Assembly (NCBI GenBank): GCA_039815375.1
Contig: JBCBZJ010000004.1
Location: 128,001-192,000 of the forward strand
DNA from: Verrucomicrobiota bacterium
GTDB taxonomy: Bacteria; Verrucomicrobiota; Verrucomicrobiia; Opitutales; Coraliomargaritaceae
Length of the DNA stretch: 64,000 bases
Direction of reading: 5' to 3'
In this document: positions 8,380-18,083 of the stretch, piece by piece
How the letters are laid out: each line of letters begins with the position of its first letter
Numbering within the stretch: the first letter of the stretch is position 1
Notes under the pieces: generated by a model
The model's database searches: none
What the model saw: only the letters and a program-made list of their open reading frames with translations
What the model was told of the DNA's origin: nothing
Position numbers and translations under genes: made by a program

Positions 8380-10015
8380 CGAAGCGCCCCATTTTGTTGT
8401 CGGGCATAAGAATCCGGATTCAGACACCATCGTATGCGCCCATGTGCTTGCTTGGATGTATCGGCAAATCACTCCGGATTCAAGGGCCACGGCAATCCGC
8501 CTGGGAGAGGTTAATCGGCAGTCCGCGTGGCTCTTTCAGCAGGCTGGCTGCGAGTTGCCGGTATTCAGAAAGAGTTGCCTCTACCGGGCAGACGAAATCG
8601 CCAAACCCGTCCCGCGCGTAGATGCCGATTGTTCGCTACGCGAAGCACTGGAAACAATGCAACGGGCGAAGACAGACTTCGTGGCAGTCGTTGACAAAGA
8701 GAATTGTCCTCTCGGAGTCATCAGCGATCGGACTCAGCGAACCAATTACCTTTTGCAGTGCAATGTGGAGGATTTCGTCGGCACCCTACTTAACTTCGAT
8801 CACATCATCAGTGGTTTGCCACTGGAAGCACTTGACGATAAACCTCCGCCAAGAATCCAGCGACTGGAAGTGCCGTTGCATAAATCCGACGTATCGGGCA
8901 ACTGGGATGAAGGAACGGCAATTGTGATCGGAGACCGGGAACTCTTTCTGGAAAGAATCAATCAACACCTGCCGGGAGCTGTCATTGTTACCGGCGTTAG
9001 CACAACCAGGGCCAGGGAAATCGCCGACCAACTGAAATGCTCAACATACTACTTCGGCGGCAGTGTGATCAGTATGCTCACCCGACTTCCGGGCTGCTTT
9101 CCTGCTTCTGCTGCGATGGTCGAAGAATTTGCCGCCGTTGAAGAGAAAGCCAGAGAAGACGAGCTGGGCCGCCAACTCAAAGACTCGCACTGGGGCCTTA
9201 TGGTTCTGGACAGCGAAGGACGTGTCTCCGGTGCAATCTCTGCTATGGATATCCTCAATCTCAAACGTCCGCTTATCAGCCTGGTCGACCATAGCGAACG
9301 CGGACAGAGCATCGACGGACTGCAGGATGCCCAGATTGTCGAGATCATCGACCATCACCGGCTCGGCGATATCGAGACAATTCAACCGCTCTCCATTGAT
9401 GTTCGACCACTCGGCTCGACTGCATCGATCCTCTACGACCGTATTCTTGAGGAGGGTATTGAACTGCCAACATCAATCGCGAAGCTACTCCTCGGCGCCC
9501 TGATTTCAGACACGCTTCTACTCACCTCACCAACCTGCACACAAAGCGATATACGGCGCGCTAAAGAACTCGCGAAGCTTGCTGATGTTGATCTTCAGGA
9601 ATTCGGCATTGAAGTGCTTCGCCAGAATGACGAGCTCGGCACGGCCTCACCTCAGGCTCTCGTCCGTCGCGACTGTAAGCGCTTCACCTCAGAGGGCGTC
9701 TCCTTTCTCGCAGCACAAATTGAAACCGTAGACCTGAAAACACTCACCGAGCAACGCGAATACGAAATCAGCGAAGCCTTTTCCAGCTCGATTCACGCCG
9801 ATGGCGTCGCCTTCGGTGCCCTGATGATTACTGATGTCGTCGAGAGTCGTAGCCGTATCATCATCCTGAGCGAAGACGAGAAATGGCAACAAATTCACCT
9901 GCCGGCTGATGTCCGAAAATCGAATCAGCTCTGGGTCGAAGAGTCCTTCGTCTCTCGCAAAAAACAACTGATCCCACTCCTCCTGAATAACATCAAAGCA
10001 TCCCTACAAGGATGA
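8372..10015 (+). CDS. ppaC: Mn-dependent (family II, DHH) inorganic pyrophosphatase with CBS/DRTGG-like insert
   Basis: GHKNPDSD, LVDH, IIDHH, LISDT, VSRKKQ; regulatory insert of roughly 230 aa with CBS-like segments. Confidence 0.88.
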   Translation: MANEAPHFVVGHKNPDSDTIVCAHVLAWMYRQITPDSRATAIRLGEVNRQSAWLFQQAGCELPVFRKSCLYRADEIAKPVPRVDADCSLREALETMQRAKTDFVAVVDKENCPLGVISDRTQRTNYLLQCNVEDFVGTLLNFDHIISGLPLEALDDKPPPRIQRLEVPLHKSDVSGNWDEGTAIVIGDRELFLERINQHLPGAVIVTGVSTTRAREIADQLKCSTYYFGGSVISMLTRLPGCFPASAAMVEEFAAVEEKAREDELGRQLKDSHWGLMVLDSEGRVSGAISAMDILNLKRPLISLVDHSERGQSIDGLQDAQIVEIIDHHRLGDIETIQPLSIDVRPLGSTASILYDRILEEGIELPTSIAKLLLGALISDTLLLTSPTCTQSDIRRAKELAKLADVDLQEFGIEVLRQNDELGTASPQALVRRDCKRFTSEGVSFLAAQIETVDLKTLTEQREYEISEAFSSSIHADGVAFGALMITDVVESRSRIIILSEDEKWQQIHLPADVRKSNQLWVEESFVSRKKQLIPLLLNNIKASLQG

Positions 10016-11271
10016 GTTCGAGCACCGCAAAACGCATTCTTCACATTCCCCGTCGATTCAGCCTCGACGAATGGGGAGGAACGGAAGCAGTGATCACCAA
10101 TATCTGCGAAGCTCAGCTTGCGGATGGCCTGAGACCGGAAATCCATACTTCTCTTGCCTTATCTAAAACACACAACGAAGAGTTCCGCGGAGTCCCGATT
10201 CAACGCTATAGCTATTGCTATCCCTTTCTTGGCCTCAGCACGACAGACAGACACCAGCTTGATAAGAAAGGCGGTAACTTACTTTCATGGCCGCTCTACC
10301 GCGCGATGCGGAAGGCAAAGGACGTTCGCATCTTCCACGCTCATGTCACCAAGCGGACCGGTGCTTCGGTTCTAAAAGCAGCAAAGTTGGCGAAGCGTCC
10401 CTGCGTCGTGACGCTCCACGGCAACATGTTTGACGTGCCAAAGATTGAGGCGGATGACGTCGTTGCGCCTCAGGAGGGCAAGTTGGAGTGGGGCCGCCTC
10501 TTCGGCGCATACTTCGGTAGCCGTAGCATGCTCGACGAAGTCGATGCCATTCTTTGCGTGGGCTTCTCCGAATACGAGAAAGCAAACAAGGCCCTCGGCA
10601 AAGGCCGTGTTCACTTCCTGCCAAACGGTGTGCATCCTGAACGCTTTCAGGCCAGTGACGCGGAGCGCGAAACCACACGTGAGAAACTCGGCTTTAAAAA
10701 AGAAGATTTTGTTTTCGGCTGTATCTCACGCCTTGATCCACAGAAGGATCAACTGCTGCTGATCGAAGCCTTCAATCGATTGCAGGCAGAGCACCCGGAC
10801 CTCGGCCTCGTGCTCTGCGGTCCACAGACCAACGCAACTTATGTTGAGAGACTAAAGACTGCCGCCAAAGCTTCACCGGGAGGGTCGCACATTCACATCC
10901 TTCCTCCGGTCACACCGGATACAGTCGAGCACCGCAGCCTTTTCGCTTCGCTGGACTGCTTCACCCTTCCCTCACGTCATGAACCGTTCGGCATCGTCGT
11001 CCTCGAAGCATGGTCCGCAGGTCGACCTGTCATCGCATCCGAAATCGGCGGTCTGGCAAGACTCGTCAGCCACGAAAAAACCGGGCTGCATTTTGAGCCG
11101 GGCAATGCTGACGAACTGACTGCAGCAATGAAGCGTATGCTTAACGAAAGCGCGCTTCGTAACGCTACCATATCCAAAGCCCAAGCCGAAGTCCAGGAGC
11201 ACTACACATGGAAGGGCATCGCGGGCCAACTCGAATCCATTTATCAACAAGTCGAAGCGAAATACCAATGA
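10012..11271 (+). CDS. Glycosyltransferase family 4 (GT-B)
   Basis: GGTE, PNGV, RLDPQK, EPFGIVVLEA. Confidence 0.92.
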   Translation: MSSSTAKRILHIPRRFSLDEWGGTEAVITNICEAQLADGLRPEIHTSLALSKTHNEEFRGVPIQRYSYCYPFLGLSTTDRHQLDKKGGNLLSWPLYRAMRKAKDVRIFHAHVTKRTGASVLKAAKLAKRPCVVTLHGNMFDVPKIEADDVVAPQEGKLEWGRLFGAYFGSRSMLDEVDAILCVGFSEYEKANKALGKGRVHFLPNGVHPERFQASDAERETTREKLGFKKEDFVFGCISRLDPQKDQLLLIEAFNRLQAEHPDLGLVLCGPQTNATYVERLKTAAKASPGGSHIHILPPVTPDTVEHRSLFASLDCFTLPSRHEPFGIVVLEAWSAGRPVIASEIGGLARLVSHEKTGLHFEPGNADELTAAMKRMLNESALRNATISKAQAEVQEHYTWKGIAGQLESIYQQVEAKYQ

Positions 11272-12137
11272 GCACACTACCGGACAGAATCAGTCTAGTC
11301 ATGCGTTCTTACAACGAAGCATGGGCTATCGAAGACACGCTTAATGGCATCTTCAATCAGGACTACGACGGTGAGATCGAGCTCATCGTCATTGATAGCG
11401 CCTCGACCGATGGCTCGCATGAAATCATACCTCGATTCAACCCTAAGGACTTCATCATTCTGGAGCCCGGAACTTACGTTCCTGGCAAAGTTCTGAATCA
11501 GGGCTTCAAACTCGCAACCAACGACTGGGTTGTCTTTCTGAACTCCGATGCCACTCCGGCCAACAATCAGTGGCTCCCTGAGCTACTCAAAGCCGCGGTC
11601 AACTCGCCCAAACTCGGTGCCGCTTTCAGCAGACAGATCCCGCGCGACGACTGCCAGGCGGTCTTTGCCCACGACTACGATCGCTGCTTCGGACCCGAGC
11701 GCGAATCGAAAAACTGGGATCACTTCTTCTCCATGGTCAGTTGTGTTGCCTACAAACCGACCTGGCAGGAAATCCCGATTCGTGAAGACCTTCAGTATGC
11801 TGAAGACGATGAGTGGACCCGACGCCTGAAAGACCTGGGCTATGAAATCATACTGGTTGAAGAATCGGTCGCTATCCATTCCCACAACTACACACCGGCT
11901 CAGGCCTACAAACGTGCCAAGGGTGATGCAATCGCCGTCGCCCAGGCGGGCAATATATCGAATGTGAAACGGGCCTGGCACCGTGATGTCTTTCTACCTA
12001 CAATCAAGGATACCCTCCGCGACCTCAACTACTGCAAACGCACGGGGCAGCTCGGTCAGATTTTCCACGCCTATCAAGTCCGCTACCAACAGCGTTTAGG
12101 TCGGATGCACGGCTACGAAGAAGGCCTTCAAAGCTAA
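11268..12137 (+). CDS. Glycosyltransferase family 2 (rhamnosyltransferase-like)
   Basis: VMRSYNE, IDSASTDGS, FLNSDA, AEDDEW; start ATG 11268 overlapping the previous stop. Confidence 0.9.
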   Translation: MSTLPDRISLVMRSYNEAWAIEDTLNGIFNQDYDGEIELIVIDSASTDGSHEIIPRFNPKDFIILEPGTYVPGKVLNQGFKLATNDWVVFLNSDATPANNQWLPELLKAAVNSPKLGAAFSRQIPRDDCQAVFAHDYDRCFGPERESKNWDHFFSMVSCVAYKPTWQEIPIREDLQYAEDDEWTRRLKDLGYEIILVEESVAIHSHNYTPAQAYKRAKGDAIAVAQAGNISNVKRAWHRDVFLPTIKDTLRDLNYCKRTGQLGQIFHAYQVRYQQRLGRMHGYEEGLQS

Positions 12138-12154
12138 ACTCAAACTGCCCTATC

Positions 12155-13387
12155 ATGAAAATCCTAGTCATCAGCAACCTATACCCCCCGCACGGTATCG
12201 GCGGCTACGAGGAACGGTGCCTGCATACCGTGGACAGCCTCCGAGCCCGCGGCCACGACGTCCATGTCCTGACCTCAAACCATCAGGTTGAAGGCCACGA
12301 CGCCTCCGGAGAATCGCAGATTCACCGCAAGCTTCGGGTTCATGGTTTTTACGGACACCCCTGGCTGTCGATCAACAAGCTCTACGAGCTGGAGCAGGAA
12401 AATCAGCAAACCCTCCGCAAGTTGCTGGATAATATCAAACCCGAGGTCGTGCACGTCTGGAACATGGGAGGGATTACCAAGTCCTTGCTCCATACCCTGG
12501 AAGCCGAACCCACTCCACTTGTCTATGATATTTCCGACCACTGGATCGCACGCAGTTTGAAAGCCGATGTTTGGCTCTCCTGGTGGAATGATCCAGGCTC
12601 TATCTTTAGAAATACCCTGCGTGGTCTCGCAGGGATCACAGGTGTCCGGAAATTCATCAGCAAGAAAGTGCCGACCGACCCGGTCCGTAGTCTGAAATTC
12701 GAGAAGATCTATTTCTGCAGCCAGTTCATGCGCGACTTAACTGCTCAACAAGGCTACCCGGTCAGCCATGCCAACATCGTCTACTGCGGTGTCGAAACAG
12801 AACTCTTTGACCGAAAAACCGCATTCAATCCACCGCGTAGGTTTATCTGGGTCGGCCGCCTTGCTGAAGACAAGGACCCGATGACTGCGCTAAGAGGTTT
12901 CCTCCGAGCACGTGAGGCATCGGAACTGCCGCTTGAGCTCGACATCTATGGCCGTGGTGATGCCGCCTACGTGGAGCAATTGGAAGACGAGATTAAAAAA
13001 GCTCATGCCGAAGATTTCGTTCAAATCAAGTCTGCCACGCACAAAGAAATGCGCACACTCTACTCGCAATACGATGGTTACATCTTCTCCAGTAACTGGG
13101 GAGAGCCCTTTGCACTTACCCCACTGGAGGCCATGTCGGCAGGCGTACCAGTACTGATGTGTCCGGATGGCGGTGATGCGGAGCTAGTGGACGACGGTGT
13201 CAACGCACTGAAGTTTGAAGCCAACTCACCCAGCTCACTGACTGGAGCGATCATACGTTTGCTTCAAGTTCCTGATCACGGCGAAAAGATGAGCCGCATC
13301 GCATTCGACATCGTCCAGGAACGCTACACTGTCGAGGTTATGACTAACAAAATCGAATCGATTTTGGAAAAGGCTTCCAAAGGCTAG
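12155..13387 (+). CDS. Glycosyltransferase family 4
   Basis: SNLYPPHGIGGYE, VGRLAEDK, EPFALTPLEAM. Confidence 0.92.
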   Translation: MKILVISNLYPPHGIGGYEERCLHTVDSLRARGHDVHVLTSNHQVEGHDASGESQIHRKLRVHGFYGHPWLSINKLYELEQENQQTLRKLLDNIKPEVVHVWNMGGITKSLLHTLEAEPTPLVYDISDHWIARSLKADVWLSWWNDPGSIFRNTLRGLAGITGVRKFISKKVPTDPVRSLKFEKIYFCSQFMRDLTAQQGYPVSHANIVYCGVETELFDRKTAFNPPRRFIWVGRLAEDKDPMTALRGFLRAREASELPLELDIYGRGDAAYVEQLEDEIKKAHAEDFVQIKSATHKEMRTLYSQYDGYIFSSNWGEPFALTPLEAMSAGVPVLMCPDGGDAELVDDGVNALKFEANSPSSLTGAIIRLLQVPDHGEKMSRIAFDIVQERYTVEVMTNKIESILEKASKG

Positions 13388-14752
13388 ATGGTTGATCTCA
13401 TCAAAGGCATCGTTCTAGCAAACGGCTACTTTATTATCGGCCCGATCGGAGGTTTCATCCTCGCCAAAGATCGCCGGATGGAGGACTTCGCGATGGGCCT
13501 GTTGATGTTTCTTCTTGGCCTGCACATCAACACCACTGTGCTCATGCTCGGGTCAATCGAATGGTATCGTGGCGTTACCAAGGGCTACGAGTTCACCATG
13601 ATGGAAATTCTCTCCGTAAGCCTCATCTTTGCCACCGTCTTTAATTCGAAGCGCAAATTTGTCTTACTCCCGCTCGGCACCTTACTTTGGTTTCTCTATA
13701 TTGGGGCCAGCAGCCTTTCGATCCTGAGTGCCTTGAACGCGAACTACGTCTTGATGAGTATTCTGAAACATGCGAAGGTCTGGCTCATCGTCTGGGCGGT
13801 GTGCAACTACGTGCGCACACGCCGCGAAGTTCACGTCGTGCTCACCGGGGTCTCGATCATGCTGATTTACCAGTTTCTTATCGTCGCAAAGATGAAATGG
13901 ATCGACGGCTTTTACCAGGTCCGGGGGCTATTCGAGCACCAGAACCCGCTGGCTATGTTCACCTATATGGCTGCCCTACCCCTCCTCGCGGTGGCCATGT
14001 CACCGGCAACGTCAAAGATTCGAAGCCTCATTTACTTTGCTGCCTTCGCCTGCTCCGGGATCATCGTCCTTGCCTCCCTCTCCCGGGCCGCGCTGGCATT
14101 TTTCGCAATGGGAACGGCTGCCGTTGTTGCTGCCGGATTCTTCGACCGTGTTTCCGCAAAACGAATACTCATTGTCTGCCTGATGGCTATGGGCGGCACC
14201 TTCGTTCTTGCCATGACGCTGGAAACGATCATCGGAAGATTCAATGACGAAGGCAACGAAGCAAGTGGCGAAACCCGGGATGTCATGAATCTGGCATCGA
14301 AGGCCATGATTGACACAAACCCGCTCGGCATCGGCTGGAACAATTTCGGCAAGGCGATCAATCACCCCTACCCCTACGGCGATGTCATCGATGATTGGAA
14401 CCGCGATCGCGGCCAGACAGTTGACTATGACTATGCCAAGGGTGTGGTCGAGAGCCACTACTGGCTGCTTAAGGGCGAAACCGGCTGGCCGGGTTATCTC
14501 ACTTACATGCTTTTTATTGTGGTCGTTACCGGCGCTACGCTTCCGCTCATCATCCTCCGGCGCGGCAGCCTCGAAGCAGCTATCGCTATCGGCATTCTCA
14601 TTGCCTTCGGCATTACCTACGTCCACAGCAGCCTGGAGAGAGTGCTGACACAGACCAAAAACCTTGCGCTTTGGATGACCTACATCGGATTACTGGGAGC
14701 ACTCATTCGCTTGCCGAAACCCAGGAACAAAGGACAGCGCACAATCGAATGA
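13388..14752 (+). CDS. Wzy polymerase / O-antigen ligase-like membrane protein
   Basis: About 11-12 hydrophobic helices, GLFEHQNPLA, SLSRAA, PLGIGWNNF, GETG; lies in the EPS cluster. Confidence 0.82.
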   Translation: MVDLIKGIVLANGYFIIGPIGGFILAKDRRMEDFAMGLLMFLLGLHINTTVLMLGSIEWYRGVTKGYEFTMMEILSVSLIFATVFNSKRKFVLLPLGTLLWFLYIGASSLSILSALNANYVLMSILKHAKVWLIVWAVCNYVRTRREVHVVLTGVSIMLIYQFLIVAKMKWIDGFYQVRGLFEHQNPLAMFTYMAALPLLAVAMSPATSKIRSLIYFAAFACSGIIVLASLSRAALAFFAMGTAAVVAAGFFDRVSAKRILIVCLMAMGGTFVLAMTLETIIGRFNDEGNEASGETRDVMNLASKAMIDTNPLGIGWNNFGKAINHPYPYGDVIDDWNRDRGQTVDYDYAKGVVESHYWLLKGETGWPGYLTYMLFIVVVTGATLPLIILRRGSLEAAIAIGILIAFGITYVHSSLERVLTQTKNLALWMTYIGLLGALIRLPKPRNKGQRTIE

Positions 14753-15366
14753 AGACACCTCACATCATCCTCGTGGCCGGTCCCTCCGGCTCGGGAAAGT
14801 CGACTTTGGCTCAAGGTCTCGCAGTTCAGTTGAAAGCGGAGGGGCATGCCTGTGAAGTGATTGAACTCGACAACTACTACCGCGACCTCAGCCATATAAC
14901 TGAAGAAGCGCGCAACCGTCAAAACTTCGACCAGCCGGATGCCTGGGAGAAGGAACGCCTTATCTCGGATGCCCGCTCTTTCAAGTCAGTTAAAGCCATC
15001 GAAATGCCGATTTATGACTTCAGCACACACCTGCGCACTCCGGAAACGAAGACCGTCCTCCCCGCCGACTATATTATCATGGAAGGCCTCTTTGCCCTCT
15101 GCTATGACGAGCTCAACGCTATAGCGGACCTGAAAATATACGTCGGACTGGAGGATAGTATAGCGCTCGTCCGACGCATCGAACGTGATACCCGGGAACG
15201 CGGACGAAGTCGTAGATCTATTATCGCGCAATACGAAACCACCGTCCAGCCTGCCAATGAAAAATACATTCGGCCCAGCGCCTCAAACGCCGACGTCCAG
15301 GTGCACGGAACCCTTTCATTGGTAGAGCAACTAAGAGCGATTGAAGATCTGATCAGGCCCGGATAA
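14749..15366 (+). CDS. udk: Uridine kinase
   Basis: GPSGSGKST, LDNYY, NFDQPDA, PIYDF, EGL, RRIERDTRERGRS; start ATG 14749. Confidence 0.9.
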   Translation: MKTPHIILVAGPSGSGKSTLAQGLAVQLKAEGHACEVIELDNYYRDLSHITEEARNRQNFDQPDAWEKERLISDARSFKSVKAIEMPIYDFSTHLRTPETKTVLPADYIIMEGLFALCYDELNAIADLKIYVGLEDSIALVRRIERDTRERGRSRRSIIAQYETTVQPANEKYIRPSASNADVQVHGTLSLVEQLRAIEDLIRPG

Positions 15367-15562
15367 GGCAACCGTAATCCCAGCCCAAACAACTCGAACC
15401 GAAACGATACAAACAAACTTCTCGACCATTCTCGATCTTTGCTTCGCTGACTTCGATTTCGAGGCACATGAGAAGTAAAGTAACACTTTTAGCAATTGAT
15501 TAGATACACGCTTAGGACGCGGGCCATAAGTACACCTGCTTCGAAAAGTCGCTTTCAGATGA

Positions 15563-15964
15563 TTATCTACCATGGGTCGGATCCCACTCGTGATAGTGCA
15601 GATCCCGCCCTTCGATCAGATTAATAAGATTGTTGGCTAGAAGAAGGCCGAGGCAGCCTACAATAATGACCCATGACAGGATGAGCAGATACCAAATCTT
15701 TCGGAAAGCCATCTGCCTAAAGAAACGTCCAACAGCAGAACGTGTAATTGTTAAACCCACAGTCAGAACAAACAAAAGATAAGGATAGTAGAGAGACTTG
15801 ATTACATCACGCAGCCAGATCGGATACCCTCCTGCATCAATCCAGAAAAGCCGGCTTTCCTTCCACGTGGTGAACTGAATCAACGAGAAAGAAAACGCCA
15901 GTAACCCGACGATACTTATTCGTTCCGTCCAGCTTGAAGGTTGGTATTTTATCTTTATAGCCAT
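15563..15964 (-). CDS. Hypothetical membrane protein (3 TM)
   Basis: Three hydrophobic segments; overlaps the stop of the upstream GT4; last gene of the minus operon. Confidence 0.6.
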   Translation of the reverse strand: MAIKIKYQPSSWTERISIVGLLAFSFSLIQFTTWKESRLFWIDAGGYPIWLRDVIKSLYYPYLLFVLTVGLTITRSAVGRFFRQMAFRKIWYLLILSWVIIVGCLGLLLANNLINLIEGRDLHYHEWDPTHGR

Positions 15965-17106
15965 CCGCTAAGGGCAGTATTGAAAGCACGCTGAAAGCAA
16001 CCCACCGAATGCCGATTCCACACCCGCTGCTTTAAAGCATCGATGGTTGAAGCGTTGGCTCGACGGACCGCTATCATTGCCTCCAGGCCGGATGTTTGAT
16101 CGCGATAAGCGAAGCGCCACGCATCCGGCAACCAGTCTCGCATACCGTCGCGGTCGGTCGATGCAACTGGCACGCCGTTTGCCAAAGCTTCCAACATGGC
16201 TAGAGGAACGCCTTCGTAGCGTGAGGGCATAATCATCGCATCCAATGCCGCATAGAGCGGTGCCGGATTGTCTGTCCATGATAGAAAGTGCACATTGGCA
16301 TGTTTTGATGCGGTCTCCTTCAGTGCTTCAGCGTCAGGCCCACTTCCAAGAAAAACCAAGTGCTCGTCGCTGTGTCGCTGGGCCCGTTCAAGAAACAGCT
16401 CGAGCGCAAAGTCCTGCCCCTTTTGCTTGAATTCGGTTCGTCCGATCTGCCCCCAGAGGTAGCCGTCCTGTGGCAAGTTAAATTGCTCACGTGCTTCGCT
16501 GCAAGTCGGTTGATTCTTGAAACGCTCCAGAGGTATGCCGTTCTCCACAACTTGAATTCGACCGGAGGCACCATAATTCCGGAGCATCCGGGCAAGGGTC
16601 TCAGAAATAGTGATAAACCCATCCGGCTCGGCATAGAGGCCTCGACAGGTAACATCACGAAACGAGCTCAACTTAGCGCCCATCTCCGCATGCTTATGCG
16701 GAACAGGTAGATAACTCACAATCGGGCAATCGACTTTTCCCTTCAGGAGAAAAACTGAAGAACACTGCTCGATATTACCCTGGATGACCAAGACGACGTC
16801 AGGACGTTCCTGCTCGACCATCTCACACAATTGCTTGATCGAACCCTTCTGGAAATACCGGCGTAAGGCCTGAAACTTAGCAGTTCGTGTCGGTGCCTCT
16901 TCAACTCGTAGTCTCCCAGGCTCAGTTTTTTCTGCAATTGCCGACCAGCGGTCCCGATTTCTAACGTTATTCGGATGCAAGAGAGCCAGAACATCCCATT
17001 CCCCGAATTCAAGAAGCCCTTCTAAACCATAAGCCGCCATCACCTGATGCCCACCAAAGTCGGGATTGTCATCGATCAATAAAAGCTTTGGCCGCCTTGA
17101 ATTCAT
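15955..17106 (-). CDS. Glycosyltransferase family 4
   Basis: GGHQ, ENGI, GRTEFKQKG, EGVPLAMLEA. Confidence 0.9.
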   Translation of the reverse strand: MNSRRPKLLLIDDNPDFGGHQVMAAYGLEGLLEFGEWDVLALLHPNNVRNRDRWSAIAEKTEPGRLRVEEAPTRTAKFQALRRYFQKGSIKQLCEMVEQERPDVVLVIQGNIEQCSSVFLLKGKVDCPIVSYLPVPHKHAEMGAKLSSFRDVTCRGLYAEPDGFITISETLARMLRNYGASGRIQVVENGIPLERFKNQPTCSEAREQFNLPQDGYLWGQIGRTEFKQKGQDFALELFLERAQRHSDEHLVFLGSGPDAEALKETASKHANVHFLSWTDNPAPLYAALDAMIMPSRYEGVPLAMLEALANGVPVASTDRDGMRDWLPDAWRFAYRDQTSGLEAMIAVRRANASTIDALKQRVWNRHSVGCFQRAFNTALSGWL

Positions 17107-18083
17107 AAGCCGTAACGTTTGATCAAATTATAAATCGTCTTCTGACTCACGCCAAGTTGTTCGGAAGCAAGGCGCCGATTGCCCTCGTTTTCATCTAAAG
17201 CGAGCTGCAAAGCATCCCGCTCAATTTGCTCCATCGTCTTGCCTGACAGGCTGTATCCCAACTCACTTTTTTTCGAATTTGAAGGTTCGATCTGCTTTGG
17301 CAAATGCTCCGGCTCCACGCGTTCCTCGGGGTCAACCAGAGTTGCGACGCGTAACATGACGTTACGCAACTCTCGAATGTTACCCGGCCAGTCGTAATTC
17401 AGCAGCACATCCAAAGCACTGTCCGAAAAGCGAGGATGCGCTTCAGGGCCAAGCGCTTCAGTGAGAAATTTCAGCGCGAGAACCGGAATATCACCCGGTC
17501 GTTCCTTCAAGGAGGGCAGTTCCAGTTCGAAAACATTTAGACGGTAGTAGAGATCCCGGCGAAAACGACCTTCAGCGATGGCTTCGTTCAAGTCCTGATT
17601 CGTCGCTGCAATCAGGCGCACATCGACTTCATGCTGCTCTGCGCTGCCAACAGGATAGAATCTCTGGTTCTGAAGAAAAAGGAGCAGCTTCGGTTGGAGC
17701 TCGGGCGACATTTCACCGATTTCATCGAGAAAGACTGTTCCGCCATCTGCCTTTTCGAGAAGACCGACCTTATCCTTAAACGCACCGGAGAAGGCACCTT
17801 TACGGTAACCGAAAAGTTCGGACTCAAGAAGATTCGCCGGGATACTTGCACAGCTTAGTTCGACGAACTCCCCTCCTGCACGCTGGCTATTCTGATGAAT
17901 CGAATACGCCAGGCGGCTCTTTCCGGTGCCGGACTCACCAGTTAACAGCAGGGCGTGTTCGCTCTGCGAAATTCGATCCAACTGCCGCCGCAGAGGCTTA
18001 AATGCATTCCCTTTAAAATCCGCCTCAAACGGGCTCTTCTCTTTTCGTCCGGCTGTCATCGCATCGTTTTTTTTGCATTCCAT
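17103..18083 (-). CDS. Sigma54-dependent enhancer-binding protein (AAA+ and Fis HTH, no N-terminal sensor)
   Basis: GESGTGKS, ESELFG, GAFSGA, FLDEIGE, RLIAATN, FRRDLYYRL, WPGNIREL, C-terminal HTH; true start may be the second Met. Confidence 0.93.
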   Translation of the reverse strand: MECKKNDAMTAGRKEKSPFEADFKGNAFKPLRRQLDRISQSEHALLLTGESGTGKSRLAYSIHQNSQRAGGEFVELSCASIPANLLESELFGYRKGAFSGAFKDKVGLLEKADGGTVFLDEIGEMSPELQPKLLLFLQNQRFYPVGSAEQHEVDVRLIAATNQDLNEAIAEGRFRRDLYYRLNVFELELPSLKERPGDIPVLALKFLTEALGPEAHPRFSDSALDVLLNYDWPGNIRELRNVMLRVATLVDPEERVEPEHLPKQIEPSNSKKSELGYSLSGKTMEQIERDALQLALDENEGNRRLASEQLGVSQKTIYNLIKRYGL

